A DNA stretch of 64,000 nucleotides from Azolla caroliniana (Eukaryota > Plantae > Polypodiophyta): the NCBI GenBank assembly GCA_043228905.1, contig JBHGNT010000016.1, positions 4,092,001 to 4,156,000 of the forward strand, given 5' to 3'. The notes under the pieces are model-generated. The model was not told where the DNA came from and did not search any database. It was given only the letters and a program-made list of their open reading frames with translations. The position numbers were made by a program, and so were the translations under genes. Numbering within the stretch: position 1 is the first letter of the stretch; each line of letters opens with the position of its first letter. Positions 41,601 through 53,880 of this stretch are shown in pieces.

Positions 41601-42060
41601 CACATAGATAGAACACACTGGACCCCCAAAAAAAAGAGAAGCGTAGAAGGGAGGGCCTTTGCTGGCAGCGCACGGGCTACCCACGAAGCAGAGGTGTCGA
41701 ACTCCCAGCACCCACAGAGAATGACGATCGGAGGAGGAGAGAGAGTCGACACTCGGTCCTGCAGCACTTCATCCTCCCTAACGCGTGATACCCTTTCTTC
41801 CTTCTCTCCCTTCTTAAAATAGTTCGCAAAAAGAGGGGGGGGGGGGTGCCCCTTTCTCCCTAGTCAAATTGCTTTATTCCCTGTCCCTTTCGACAGAGAT
41901 ATGCACAAATCCCCTAATAAATGTGTACTACCTAGTATTTACATCAGCCGACCTAATTATGAATTATGTACAAAATATCAATTCTCGCGTCCACCCGTGT
42001 AAGAGCTGGTTCATGCGCCTTTTTCTCCGATTCCCCCCATGGCCGGTTTTCTTCACGACA
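35662..42060 (-). mobile_element. Ty3/gypsy element (non-chromovirus, fungal-like gag-PR / RT-RH-INT), degenerate; 5' LTR 41348-42060, 3' LTR partly deleted (35662-~35821)
   Basis: Gag with CCHC knuckle (CMWCDAIGHIRKDC), protease (VALVDHGSKINLM), RT (YSNRWFTVPKKNGTLRFIQDLQPVN, DLYSGYDQF, PFLDDIPIKG), RNase H (IETDCLP) and integrase (YNPEANGKVE.GH, LPYALWADRTT, WFGPY). 4-bp TSD CCGT (35658-35661, 42061-42064). Removing the element restores the copia frame EFTVPK. Confidence 0.93.
41326..41343 (-). promoter_or_regulatory. Primer binding site complementary to the 3' end of tRNA-Trp
   Basis: Minus strand TGGTGAACCCGACGTGAA, 4 nt inside the 5' LTR boundary. The plus strand TTCACGTCGGGTTCACCA matches the 3' end of plant cytosolic tRNA-Trp as I recall it. 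Confidence 0.82.
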
Positions 42061-44100
42061 CCGTGCCGAAGACACCGGAATTGAATGAGCTGGCCGAAAG
42101 GATGAACCAGACCATAATGGAGAGAGTCTGGAGCATGCTCACACATGCCAAGTTACCCAAGACGTTTTGGGCTGAGGCGCTGACGACGGCAACCTATGTG
42201 ATAAACAGATCACCCTCAGTACCCTTGCGAGGAGACTCACCTCAAAAAGTATGGACCGGTAAATATGTGTCCTACCGACATCTGAAGGTGTTCGAGTGTC
42301 TCACATACGTGCATGTGGCAAAGGACAAGAGAGCAAAGATGGATCTGAAATCCAGGCCATGCATATTCCTTGGATACGGTGATGATGAGTTCGGTTACCA
42401 AGTGTGGGATCTGGTCGACAAGAAGGTGTTTCGGAGTCGGGACATAGTCTTCATGGAAGACAAGACCATTGCCGACTGGGCATCGGAGAAGAAGATGATC
42501 AACTCCGGATCATCCAATGAAAACCGGTTTGAGGACACAAGGCCCTACCTGGTTGAAAACCAGATGTTGGCTGGTAGCCGGATGACACTCGATGAACTGG
42601 CTGGATACGGACAGGAAACCAAACCGACTGAAGAAGAAGAAGAAGAAGACACCAGAACTGGACAAGATCCCGAATTGGATTCGGATGTGGAACAAACGGA
42701 GGAACCGGCCGTCAGAAACCAGGGATGGAGATATTCTCTCTGAGAGAGAAGAGCCCCCGGGAGATTTCCGGATGTAGAGCATGTGTTGCTAACCGAGGAG
42801 GGGGAGCCGGAAAGCTTCGAAGAAGCAAAGAGAGACACCCACAACCACAAGTGGTTGAGTGCCATGTAGGATGAGATGGATTTCCTGCATGAGAACCACA
42901 CATATGAACTGACGTAGTTGCCAAAAGGGAAGAGAGCACTCCGGAACAAGTGGGTGTACAAGTTGAAACCGGGAGATGCTGGAAATCCACCCATGTATAA
43001 GGCCCAAATCGTGGTGAAGGGATTCCAGCAGAAGAAAGGAGTGGGTTTCGACAAGATCTTTGCCCCGGTAGTAAAGATGACTTCCATCTGAACAGTGTTG
43101 AGCATAGCGGCAAGCATGAACCTCGAGGTATTGCAATTGGACGTCAAGACAACATTTCTCCATGGTGACCTCGAAGAGGAGATCTACATGCAACAACAGG
43201 AAGGATTCATGAAGAAAGGGAAGGAGCACCTGGTATACCGGTTGAAGAAGAGCTTATACGGACTGAAACAAGCTCCCTGGCAATGGTACCGAAAGTTCGA
43301 CTCCTTCATGACGGATCAAGGGTACCACAAGACGCAAGCCGATCATTGTGTCTTTGTGAAGAAACTTGATGGAGGAGATTCCCTGATATTACTCCTATAC
43401 GTGGATGATATGCTGATAGTTGGACAAGACCAAGTCAAAATACGGATCCTGAAGAAGGCCCTGAACTGGACCTTCTCAATGAAAGACTTGGATCCGGCAA
43501 GATAGATATTGGGGATGCACATCATTCGGAACCAATCAAAGAAGTTATTGTGGCTGTCACAAGAAAAGTACGTGATGAAGGTGCTTCAACGGTTCAACAT
43601 GTCGGATGCGAAACCGGTCGGATTAACACTTCCAGCAAACTGCAAGCTATCCAGAAAGCAAAGCCCGAGGAAAAAGGCAGAGAAGGCTGATATGATGAAG
43701 ATACCATATGGTGTGTACCTGGCCGGATATCGGATATGCAGTCGGAGTGGTGAGCCGTTTCATGAGCAATCCCAGAAGAGAGCACTGGAACGCGGTCAAG
43801 TGGATACTTATGTATTTGAAAGGCACCTTGAGCATGTGGCTCCAATTCGGCTCTGGTAATCCCCAACTTGACGAATTCACGGATTCGGATATGTCGGCTG
43901 ATGCAGATACTAGCCAGTCTACATCCGGATATGTCATGACTTATGCAGGGGGAGCTGTTTCGTGGTAGTCAAGGCTGCAGAAAACGGTTGCATTGTCAAC
44001 CATGGAGGCGGAGTACATGGTAGCTGTAGAAGTTGGCAAGGAGATAATCTGGATGAAGGACTTCATCGGAGAGCTAGGGATCCAACAGGAGGAATACCGG

Positions 44101-45390
44101 TGTCGTGAAGATTTTCGGCAACGGTGTGAAAATTGCATGAAATGTACAAAATCAAGTGTGGTTCTTCACACACAATATGAAACAATAATAGTGAAGATAC
44201 TATTTTATATTAGTTTAATATCTTCATACAAGAAGATGGATGCCTTCAAGAGCTTCCGAATGTACTTTACTACATTTGAAACGGACAACTAAATGTCAAG
44301 TTATGTGAATGTGAAGTTTGAGAAGAAAAAGAGAAAAACAAAATTGTGAGATATCCCACATAGACAGAATAAATAAGGATCCGAGAGTATATAAGCAGGG
44401 CCAAAATCTATTACCTTTTGTCTATGAGTGGATCATAGAATGTTCAAAGTGACTTGAGTTAAACTAACTGGATGAATGGGTGTGGCCTAACTACTTGTAA
44501 AGGTTTTGGCCCACTGGAACCGGACGACAACCCGATGGATCTGGCGAGACGACGACGGACGGGATCGGATTGAACCGGTTGGGATTGACGGATCGGTCGG
44601 TTTATTGCGGTGCATGGGTTTTGGCCGACCAGAACCGGACGACAACCCGACGGATCCGGCGAGACGATGACGGACGGGATCGGATTGAACCGGTCGGGAC
44701 AGACGGATCGATCGGTTTATTGCGGTGCATGGTGTTTTGGCCGACTGGAACCGGATGGCGACCCGACGGATCCGGCGATACGACGACGGACAGGTTTGGA
44801 TTGAACCGGTCGGGACAGACGGATCGGTCGGTTTATTGCGGTGCATGGTGTTTTGAAGATTTTCGGTGTAAATACAAGACCAAAAGCATAGTAGTATTTT
44901 GTGTTTTAAAAGGGATGTGAGCAAGACTTGAACCTTGCACCTCCAAGTTGAAAGTCAATAGGCTTACCTCTAAGCCAAGTTATATCTTCAAAAGCTTTAC
45001 TTTGATCATTTTACATGTAGATTCTCATACATGAGAGCTTGAATGAGTGCCATGGTTACACATGTAATACATGAGCACCAAATGGCAAACATGCATCTCA
45101 TGGATGTCTTGCACCCTCACATGCATCATGTGCATGGGGGCATCTATAAAAGACTGGATGGAGAGGAAAAACGAGTTATGTATTAATCAAGAAATGAAGA
45201 GTAAGAAAATTCGTTATCCCATTTTTGTGATGTATTAATCTTGTCTCTCAAATCTAAAGTCAAGCGTTCTATCTTATCTCAATCTCTCTCTCTTTCAATC
45301 TATCTTAAATACTTTCTCGCTAAAGCTAGTGCAAACTTCAAATCCTTTTGGTCCAGACCCCAACAGTTCCACCTCACGATCTTCACGACA
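44101..45390 (+). mobile_element. Solo LTR (1290 bp) inserted in the copia RNase H
   Basis: 12-bp terminal inverted repeat TGTCGTGAAGAT...ATCTTCACGACA. 4-bp TSD CCGG (44097-44100, 45391-45394). TATA-like CTATAAAAG at ~45143. Removal restores EYRLYCDSQSA. Confidence 0.92.
44504..44855 (+). repeat. 3 x ~115-116-bp CpG-rich tandem repeat inside the solo LTR
   Basis: Units begin ttttggcc at 44504, 44619 and 44735. Confidence 0.9.
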
Positions 45391-46080
45391 CCGGTTGTAC
45401 TGCGACAGTCAAAGTGCCATCCACCTTGCAAAGAACGAGGCCTACCATTCCCGGACGAAGCATATCCAGCGGAGGTACTAGTGGATCCGAGGAAAAGTAA
45501 AAGATCAAGAGTTCGTGTTGACAAAAATCCACACGGAGGAGAACGGGTCGGACATGCTGACCAAAGTGCTGACACCCGACAAGCTGGACACATGTCGAAG
45601 GCGAATCGGGCTGAAGAGACATCCCATGCCGGAGTGAAGGGGGAGATTGTTGGGATTTCGATCCCTCCAGATGGGATCTTAAGAACCGGATGTAGAAGAC
45701 ATATTTGTAAATATATTTTCTTTAGTAAGCCCATGGAGGCTATACATTTGTAAATAGTCCTAAAGGAAAATTAGTATAAATATGACCTAGGGCAAACACG
45801 TATTAAGGTTGTATGTTGTTTTTATATTACAGTACAGAGTGCGACAGAGTGCGACAGAGAGCGTGAGAGTAGCTACGAGCACTCTTTGTTGTAAGCACCG
45901 TCTGGCGAAGATCGCGAGCACGAGGTCACTGCCTCTGTGCCTCCATTTGTATTTACTCTCATATAGTGATAGTTGGAGTCCGTGGGCTCCCATGGTTTTT
46001 TCCCCTATTAAGGTTTTCCACATCAACATCCTGTGTCATTTCTGTGTACTCTCCATTTCCATTTCTGTGTTTCATTCTAA

Positions 46081-46473
46081 GTGAAGTGTTCAAGACTCAG
46101 TTATGGCCAAGCAATATTCTGCGCTATTCTCAACAATATAGGGCGTTGGGGCACAAGTGATGAGAGTGGTTGGCTATGCACACTTTGCCCTAAACAAGTT
46201 CACGAGTCTGAGTATCACACTTTGATACAATGCTCTGCCTTCGATTATATTCGACCATGCTTTCCACATCTCTTTGACCGAACCCAATACTTGCATGAAT
46301 TCCTCTGACAACCACAGTGTGCACTCTCGATTGCAACATTCATTGGTAAAGTTCTTGAACATCGAGAGTCGCTACTCACTTTCACACGTATCACGTGAAA
46401 TGTAATATATTTGGTCTCATAGGTCATACTTGAACTCCGATGAAGATAATATAATCTATCTATCTATCTATCT
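46081..46473 (+). mobile_element. 5'-truncated non-LTR retrotransposon 3' end (RTEX/L2-like C-terminal zinc finger) with an (ATCT)n tail
   Basis: Translates as 'IGRWGTSDESGWLCTLCPKQVHESEYHTLIQCSAFDYIR' (GRW...C-x2-C...E-x-H-x4-C..IR), followed by a short 3'UTR and (ATCT)5 at 46454-46473. Confidence 0.6.
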
Positions 46474-46474
46474 C

Positions 46475-48920
46475 TCATGCACAGACATAGATCACTTATG
46501 TTGCAGAAAATCACGCCGGATTCTTTACATGGTATTAGAGCATTTGGTAGCTTGATCCAAGCTCATCCACGTGTGTTGTGCCTACGTCGATGTTCATGAA
46601 GAACCAACATATCGTTGTAACAGCAACCTTGCATAGTTTGTATCACAGAGAAGAAGAAATCACAAGTCGACTATCATGAACACTCAGATGGGTCGCTCTC
46701 TCCCTAGTGAAAAGCTCGACAGAAACAACTTCACATCTTGGGAATACAAGATGCAACAATACCTTGTCGGCAAAGGCTATTGGAGTTATATTGAAGGAGC
46801 ACAAGGAACGCAACCCAACCCAACACGCGCCGACTACCTAGCATGGGAGCAAGCGGCAAGCCATGTGTTGTATTGTCTTGCATCATGGGTTCATGATCAC
46901 ATGCTCGACTACATCCAAGAGGCCAAAATGCCGAAGGAGGCGTGGGGGAATCTCAAAAAGATATTCGCGGCGAACTCAACCGCACGAAAACTTCAACTCC
47001 GACAAGAGTTGAATAGTATCCAACAAAGGGATACATAAATCAACAGCTACACCTTGAAGATCAAGGAGTTGTGTGACTCCCTCGGGTCGATCAATGTTAA
47101 CATTCATGATGATGATGAAATGGTGTTGATATGGCTCGACGGCCTAACTAGTAACACCTCGATTTGGCGTGATAAGATAAGTTGTCCTTGCAAGGGGAAA
47201 CCCTCCCTCCTTTAATCTCTAGTCGATGCTACTAGTCAAAGAAAATCGCGATGTCTGAACAAGAGGCAATGCATCAAACAGAAAAATGTGCTATACTAGT
47301 TCAAATGGAGGAAGAGGGCGTGACCATGGAGGAAGAGACTGATTCAGCCAAGGTCGACACAACCAAGGGTAGTCCCATGAACACAACTTCTACTACCGGC
47401 AAGACGTTGCAAACACGCGAGGGGGAGAAATCATCCCAAACCAAGCCAATAAAACAACTCCGTCGAGTGCGGATACTGTGGAAATTTTTGTCACTACAAG
47501 GTAGAGTGTCGAAAGAAGAAAAGTGAGTCGGTCTTCACAAGCCGACAACTTACTAACTACGCCTCAAATTTCGACTACGACTATTGTGGGGGAATATGCA
47601 TGGTGCGACATAGAGCAAATTCGATGACAGCATTGTGCCCAACCAACACCTCCAGTTTAGAAAATGGATGGTTTATCAACGTGGGTGCATCCAATCACAT
47701 GACGTCTCATGAAGATTGGTTTCGAGAACTACGAAAGCCCGAACGACCCGGCTATGTAGAAACAAGGGATGACACAATTCACATTATTGAGCATGTCGGT
47801 AATGTCCCATTTGGTGAAGAGGGCAACCAAACCTACATCAAGAACATCTTGCATGTTCCAACAATAACGAAGAATCTAGTCTCGTTCGGTCAGATTCTGG
47901 AACAAGGCATGCAAGTTTGGTTCAAGGACGGAGGATGCTTCATTGAAAAGGAAGGCTGAATTATTGCTCGCAGACGAAGAGAAGGCCAAATGTTCATCCT
48001 CAATCCTCAATGAGATGAAATCGGCATGTTTGCCAAGGGCCATAAAGCCGACACCGACAAAGGGCTATGGCACACAAGAATCGGCCACATTAATCTCCAG
48101 AAGCTCAAAGGAATGTAGTTGAAAGGAGTCATTGCCGAACTCTCGACCTTTACTGAGAAGGAGATTACAGGTGTATGCGAAACCTGCCAATTCGGCAAAC
48201 AACATTGTACATTGTTCTTGAAAGAGAGGAATGTGAGCAAAGGGATCCTAGATGTAATACATTTAGATGTATGGGGACCAACCCAAATGACAACATTCGG
48301 TGGTTGCCGATACGATGTGATGTTCATTGACGACTTCTCCAGGCGCACCTAGATTTATCCTATGCGACAAAAGAGTGAAGTGTTCTCACACTTCCAGAAC
48401 TTTAAAAATGAAGTCGAAAAGGCAACCAGTTGACATGTACGGTGCCTTCGATCAGACAGAGGCAAGGATTACTTCTCCGACTCCTTCACAACATACCTTT
48501 GACAAGAAGGAATCTGGCGGGAATTTACTTGCCAACACACACCTCAACAAAATCGAGTAACCGAATGGAAAAATTGGCATATACTTGAGGTCACACCGGC
48601 AATGATGAATGAGAAAAATTTGCTGAAATCATACTGGGCTGAAGCCGTGAACACGGTTGTCTACCTAATGAACCAGTGCACAACATCCGGAGTGCATGAT
48701 GTAACCACCCACAAGAAGTTCTATGGAAAGAAGTTCTATGGAAAGTGACTAGGGATGTTGTATTTGACGAATCGGCATCCTGGTACACAATTGACTCAGC
48801 TCCATCCGATCCAATCGAAACCGATTTTGGAATAGATTCGGAGGAAGAGGATCACTAAGGCTCACAATAGAGGAAAGTCCAATCTCAACCAAGTTGAGTG
48901 GATCACAAGAGCACGTCGTA
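46475..48920 (+). mobile_element. Ty1/copia element (third family), degenerate gag-PR-INT, 3'-truncated
   Basis: LTR end TTTACA (46529) followed by the iMet PBS TGGTATTAGAGC. Gag (LPSEKLDRNNFTSWEYKM), protease (WFINVGASNHMT) and integrase (CETCQFGKQ, IHLDVWGP, FIDDFSR) with many stops. Confidence 0.85.
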
Positions 48921-49551
48921 GCCAAGTGTACAATATTTGTCCAAATCCCATAAATTATTTTGGCATGTCTTTTAGTCACATTTGGAAATACCTTCAAACA
49001 TTGAGCCTTCCAAATATATATAAAATTGTAATACTACCTACCAATTGCCATATTTGAGGTTTATCACTCTCTATTTGTGGATTCAAAGGTATCATTTTTT
49101 TTTCCATCAAACCATGTCTCATCACAATAGCATTTACAACCTCCTCTTGTTCATATACCATAGGTTTATCTTGTACCACCACCCATAATACCGCTCCCCA
49201 TGTATACACTCCTGGAGGATTTACTAGTATTTAAATAATGTTATGATTTGTTTCCATATGTCCATAGCAAAACGACAACTCTACAAACAATGTTGAGTAG
49301 TATCTATTAGATCCATACAGAAAGGGCACATCTTAGGAATGGCGATAACAAAAAAGAATAGAGAAGAGAACCAACGAGCGACGGGGATGAGAGGAGCGAT
49401 GACAATAGAGGGGTCATCGAAAAACGTTTCGGAAGCATCAGAGGCTGCATGAACATCAACACGAAGCCCTCTTGCCAACAAAGGGGTGCAGGAATGTCAA
49501 GAACGTAGGTATAATTGTTATGATTATGATCCAGAATAGGGGATAGATAGG

Positions 49552-52500
49552 ATGGAAAATCAGATGAGAGCCTTCGTTCTCTCCCCAGAAGAAGAATGCA
49601 TCATGGAGAGTGAAATAATACAACTTACACAGGAATCATTTGTGGTGAAAGTGGTGGGTAGTCAACTGAATCGAGCGTTGTTGCGTGACTGGTTGCATAG
49701 CTGCCTACAAGAAGACCTTGGAAGGATGAAGGACATCACATTTATGGGAAAGGGATTTTACCATATCACCATGATGCCTGAAACAAATATATGCAAAATT
49801 ATAGAAAACAAACCGTTGACATGGCACAATGCAAGAGCCTATGTATTCAAATGGGATTTAGACTTCGACATGTGTAAAGCATATGCTTGTATAGGCAATC
49901 CATGAGTGATAACGGCCTTTTTCCCTAGTTTACCTAAGGAATGGGAGTCCTTTCTCCCGACCATTGGCAAAAGTATGGGAGGGCAATGCTTGGGAAAAAC
50001 ATTAGCAGAGAGAATAAGTGAAATGTTGAGGATGAAATTAATTGTCTCTAATGTAAAGGCCCTACCACAATCGTTGTTTCTTAGTAGCAAATTAATGCAC
50101 GACCATGTACAAACAGTGGAATATGTTGGACTCCCTGGGCAATGCTTTGTATGTGGCCCGAGAATGCCCTAGAGGTAAGGAGCCCATGCATCGTAGAAAT
50201 GGGAAGCAAGGATGGAAAAGCACAACAAGTTTGATGCAGTAGAACAATCTGAGAATAAACCATGCAATGCGTATGAATGAAGATGGATGGAAGTATAAGA
50301 ACAATAAAGGAAAACAAAAAATTATGGTCGGACAAGAATGACTTCCATTTAGCAACAAATACGAATGTTTAACCTTAGAGGACAATGAAAACATAACCAA
50401 TGAAAGGGAACCAAGGATAAAGGCAAATCTAGAGAGCAACTATGTCAGAGCTATTAATGATAGTACACAGAAATTGCAGCAGGAAGACAGCTTGTTAGTG
50501 GATGAAACTAATCAAATGTATCATGAAAGTATGTATGAGGTAGGAGAAATAAGTGTTGGAAAGGTTGTAAGCCCCTTGCAAGAGCAAGATAAGTCAACCC
50601 AACATATTAAGGGTAGCCAAAATGAAAGGGTACATGCGTGCTAGAAAAGAGGAGGAGAATGGGATGGAGAAAAATAAAGGTATGCATAAATGGCCTAGAG
50701 TGAAATGGAATCCTCAATACAAATTGACCCCACTATCGAACAACAGATCAAGCGGAAACTAACAGGCAAAAAGTGGTTTAGGGAAATGTGTGGAACTGAG
50801 ATGAAGACGGAGAACATGTGTACAATCAATATCTATGGGAATTGTGATGACAAATGCCAAATAACTTAATTGTCCTATACTCTGGTCGCTGGAAATAAGG
50901 AACCCCACAATAGAGAAGAAGCACTCGGATGGTTGGAACAACAAATGGGTGCTCATGTAGACTCATCATATGGTACCGCAATAGGTGTGAAAATGAAAAG
51001 ACAATGGAAAGATGCCATGGTATGGAGATCGGGCAATGCAAATGAGCAAGGCATATGCTACATAAATGTGAAATTTAGGAAGCTTCCTAGAATGATCACG
51101 GAGTTCATGGTATACCACCTATAAATGCTGAAACTAGAAGAGGAAAATCTCAAAGATAGGATCTTAGCTAACCTAGTGGAAGTTGAAAATGCATTGGTTG
51201 GGCCACAAAAGATGCAAGCTAAATGTTGAAATGAATCTTAGCTTGCAGTATTATGGAATATACAAGGAATTGGTGCACCCAATTCCAAATGAAGAAGAAT
51301 GTATTGGTTTCTGAAATTTAGCGATGCACTGAGGCAATGGTGCCTGATGTAATCATGGTGCAAGAGCACCATCTAGATGGGGATAAGATCAACAAAATTG
51401 GAAACTTTTGCCCTGGGAGTTGGACCAATACATGGTCAGCAACTACGTGGGATAAACAAATTCATGGGGGAGAACTTACAGCAATGAAATCTAAGTTTAA
51501 TGCAACATACACATGCATGGGGAGTTTAATAGAGGGTCATGTTGTCTCTATAAGGATAAAACACAAATATGGGCACTTGGGCATACTGAACATATATGCC
51601 CCAAATTTAGCTACCGAAAGAAAATAATTCTAGTTGCAACTAGTGGACAAGAAACCGTATGTAGAGTTGTGGATCATTGGAGGATATTTTAATATGGTCG
51701 ACTAACAAGAAGTTTGAAGAGGAAATGCAAATGCCACGGTGCAAGGGGCGGAAAAAGATGCATGGGATAAGTTTTGTTTAGCATCTAATGTGATAGACTA
51801 TTGGAATGCACCTAACTTTCAAATGCAAAAAGAAAAATCTCTTTTATAGCCTAGAGTAGGAGGAAGCGTGCATGGGAGGACAATGTTCAAGCTGGATAGA
51901 TGTTATTTGGACCCTTAGCTCATCGATAGGAAAGGCAAATGCATTATTTGTCCTGGAACGATGTTCTAAGACCATGCACCAGTTCTATTGCATATACAAG
52001 AAAGCAATCGATGCAAGCCACATAATGTGAAGGTGAGCAAGGAATTGGCTATGGACAATAAATGGATTGATGATATAAGAAGAATATTGTCTAATGTCAA
52101 ATGGATGTATCATGATCCCGTTCATAGGTTGGCTGGGAAAATAGAGGAATGTGCATGCTTCTTTCGGAAGAAAGCAAGTGAAATTAGAAATGAGATGAGG
52201 TAGAAACTACAGAGAATGCAATGGACGGTCGCTTCTATGCAACAACTAAGAGAACAATACCCGAATAATGTATGGATTGAGCCCGACTAGAGGAGGTCAC
52301 ATGCAAACTGGATATGTATCAGAAACTAAGGACTACCAATGCCTATTGAAGTAAAGCAACAACCTGGATGAGGGTAGGAGAGCATGTTACTAAAGGTTTT
52401 TTGAAGCTGTCAAATGCAGAGGCTCAGAGACTCAACCTTCATGTTTAAAAAAGACACATGGCATAATGACTATGTGCGAGGAGGAAATGCTTGAAATGGC

Positions 52501-53520
52501 CACAAGTTATTATATGCAACTATTGAATGTATGCAAAGAGGAACATATTGATCAGGATGCCTTTAGAAATATAATTAATAGGATACCAAAGAGAGTTACT
52601 GCCCAGATGATGGACCAATTAAATACCCCTATATGTATGGAGGAATTGTGGGATGCAATTGTAGATATGAACAAACAAAGTTGTGTAGGCATTGATGGAC
52701 TCCCTATATACTTTTACATCAAACATTGGGATCTAATTAAGGATGACATGTTGGTCGCGATGCAATACATTATGGCAGAAGGTTTAATGTCTACAACAAT
52801 GTGCGGAGGAATGATTTATTTAATACCCAAGGATGGAAAAGATCTGACAATACTCGATAATTGGTGACCATTGATGATTCTCACTAATGCCTATAAGATC
52901 ATGGCTAAAGTTGTAAGTAGTCGATTGAAAACGGTACTAGGGGACATTATACATACAACGCAAACTGGCTTCCTAGACAACCGGAGCATTGTTGACAATG
53001 TGATAACTTTCAGGGAGTATTCAGCATGGGCGGAGGAGCAAGAAGTGGACATGGCAGTAATGTTACTCGACTTTGATGAAGCAGATGACAAGATCTCATG
53101 GGAATTCCTAGAAGCAGTGATGGAGGCCTAGGCTTCGAGCAACAATGGATCCTTGGAACGATTGCCTTTTATAGGGATGCATCCAACTAGGTTTTAATGG
53201 TTGGAAGCATGGGGGAGAGCTTTAAGATGACATGATCGGTATGCCTATGATGCCCATTGGCCCCGTACCTATTCATTATTGCAGTAGAAGCTTTGCATTA
53301 TCATATTGTTGATAGATTTTGGCAAATACAAGGCCTTCCCTTGCCCGGTGATGCAGGAATGCTACTTAATACAGAATATGTTGATGATTCAACAACTTAG
53401 GTTAAGGGGAATGCAAACAACTTGAACAGGCTACAAAGTGCAATTAATGAGTTTTGTAGGGGCTCGAGTGCTAAAATAAACTGGAATAAATCAGTGGGCA
53501 TTTGGATTAGGGTTGAAGCA
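49552..53520 (+). mobile_element. L1-clade LINE, degenerate ORF1 and ORF2 (APE endonuclease + RT), cut off at ~53520
   Basis: ORF1 RRM-like region (FMGKGFYHI) and knuckle lead-in YVGLPGQCFVC. ORF2 motifs WNIQGIG, PDVIMVQEHHL, LNIYAPN, DHAPV, GIDGLP..FY, LIPKDGK...NW, QTGF..NRSI.DN, LLDF..A.DKISW, EYVDD and AKINWNKS. Confidence 0.88.
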
Positions 53521-53842
53521 TGCTACGGTGTACCAACTTTTGGCCAAAAATTTAGTACTAAATCGAAGAAGAAAATAAACATTAAAAATTGTAAATAAAT
53601 TTCAAAAAAACAAAAAACAAATTCATTACGTCACACTCGAATGCACAAAGATATTATACGTCACACTCAAAATGTCCCTAGGCCATATTTAATACATTAA
53701 TTGTTGCCCCAGTCTCCTAGGTAGAGTTGTACGAAAGCACACCTGGAGAAGGTATCCATTGTGACAGTTGGTTAGTCTCAGTATCTCTCTCTCTCTCTCT
53801 CTCTCTCTCTGGTATGGGTAGTCAAACGTGTCAATTGGTATG

Positions 53843-53880
<38 letters not shown>

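Larger units (their letters stand above)
35343..46080 (+). mobile_element. Ty1/copia element (Tnt1/Tork-like), 5'-truncated, interrupted by two gypsy-type insertions; 3' LTR from 45648
   Basis: Integrase (TDVC..YYMTFIDDHSRKLW, RADNGGEY, EFTV|PKTPELNELAERMN), RT (LYGLKQAPWQWY, LLLYVDDMLI) and RNase H (STMEAEY, EYR|LYCDSQSAIHLAKN). PPT GAAGGGGGAGAT precedes TGTTGGGATT at 45648. The LTR right end is lost near 46080. Confidence 0.9.
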
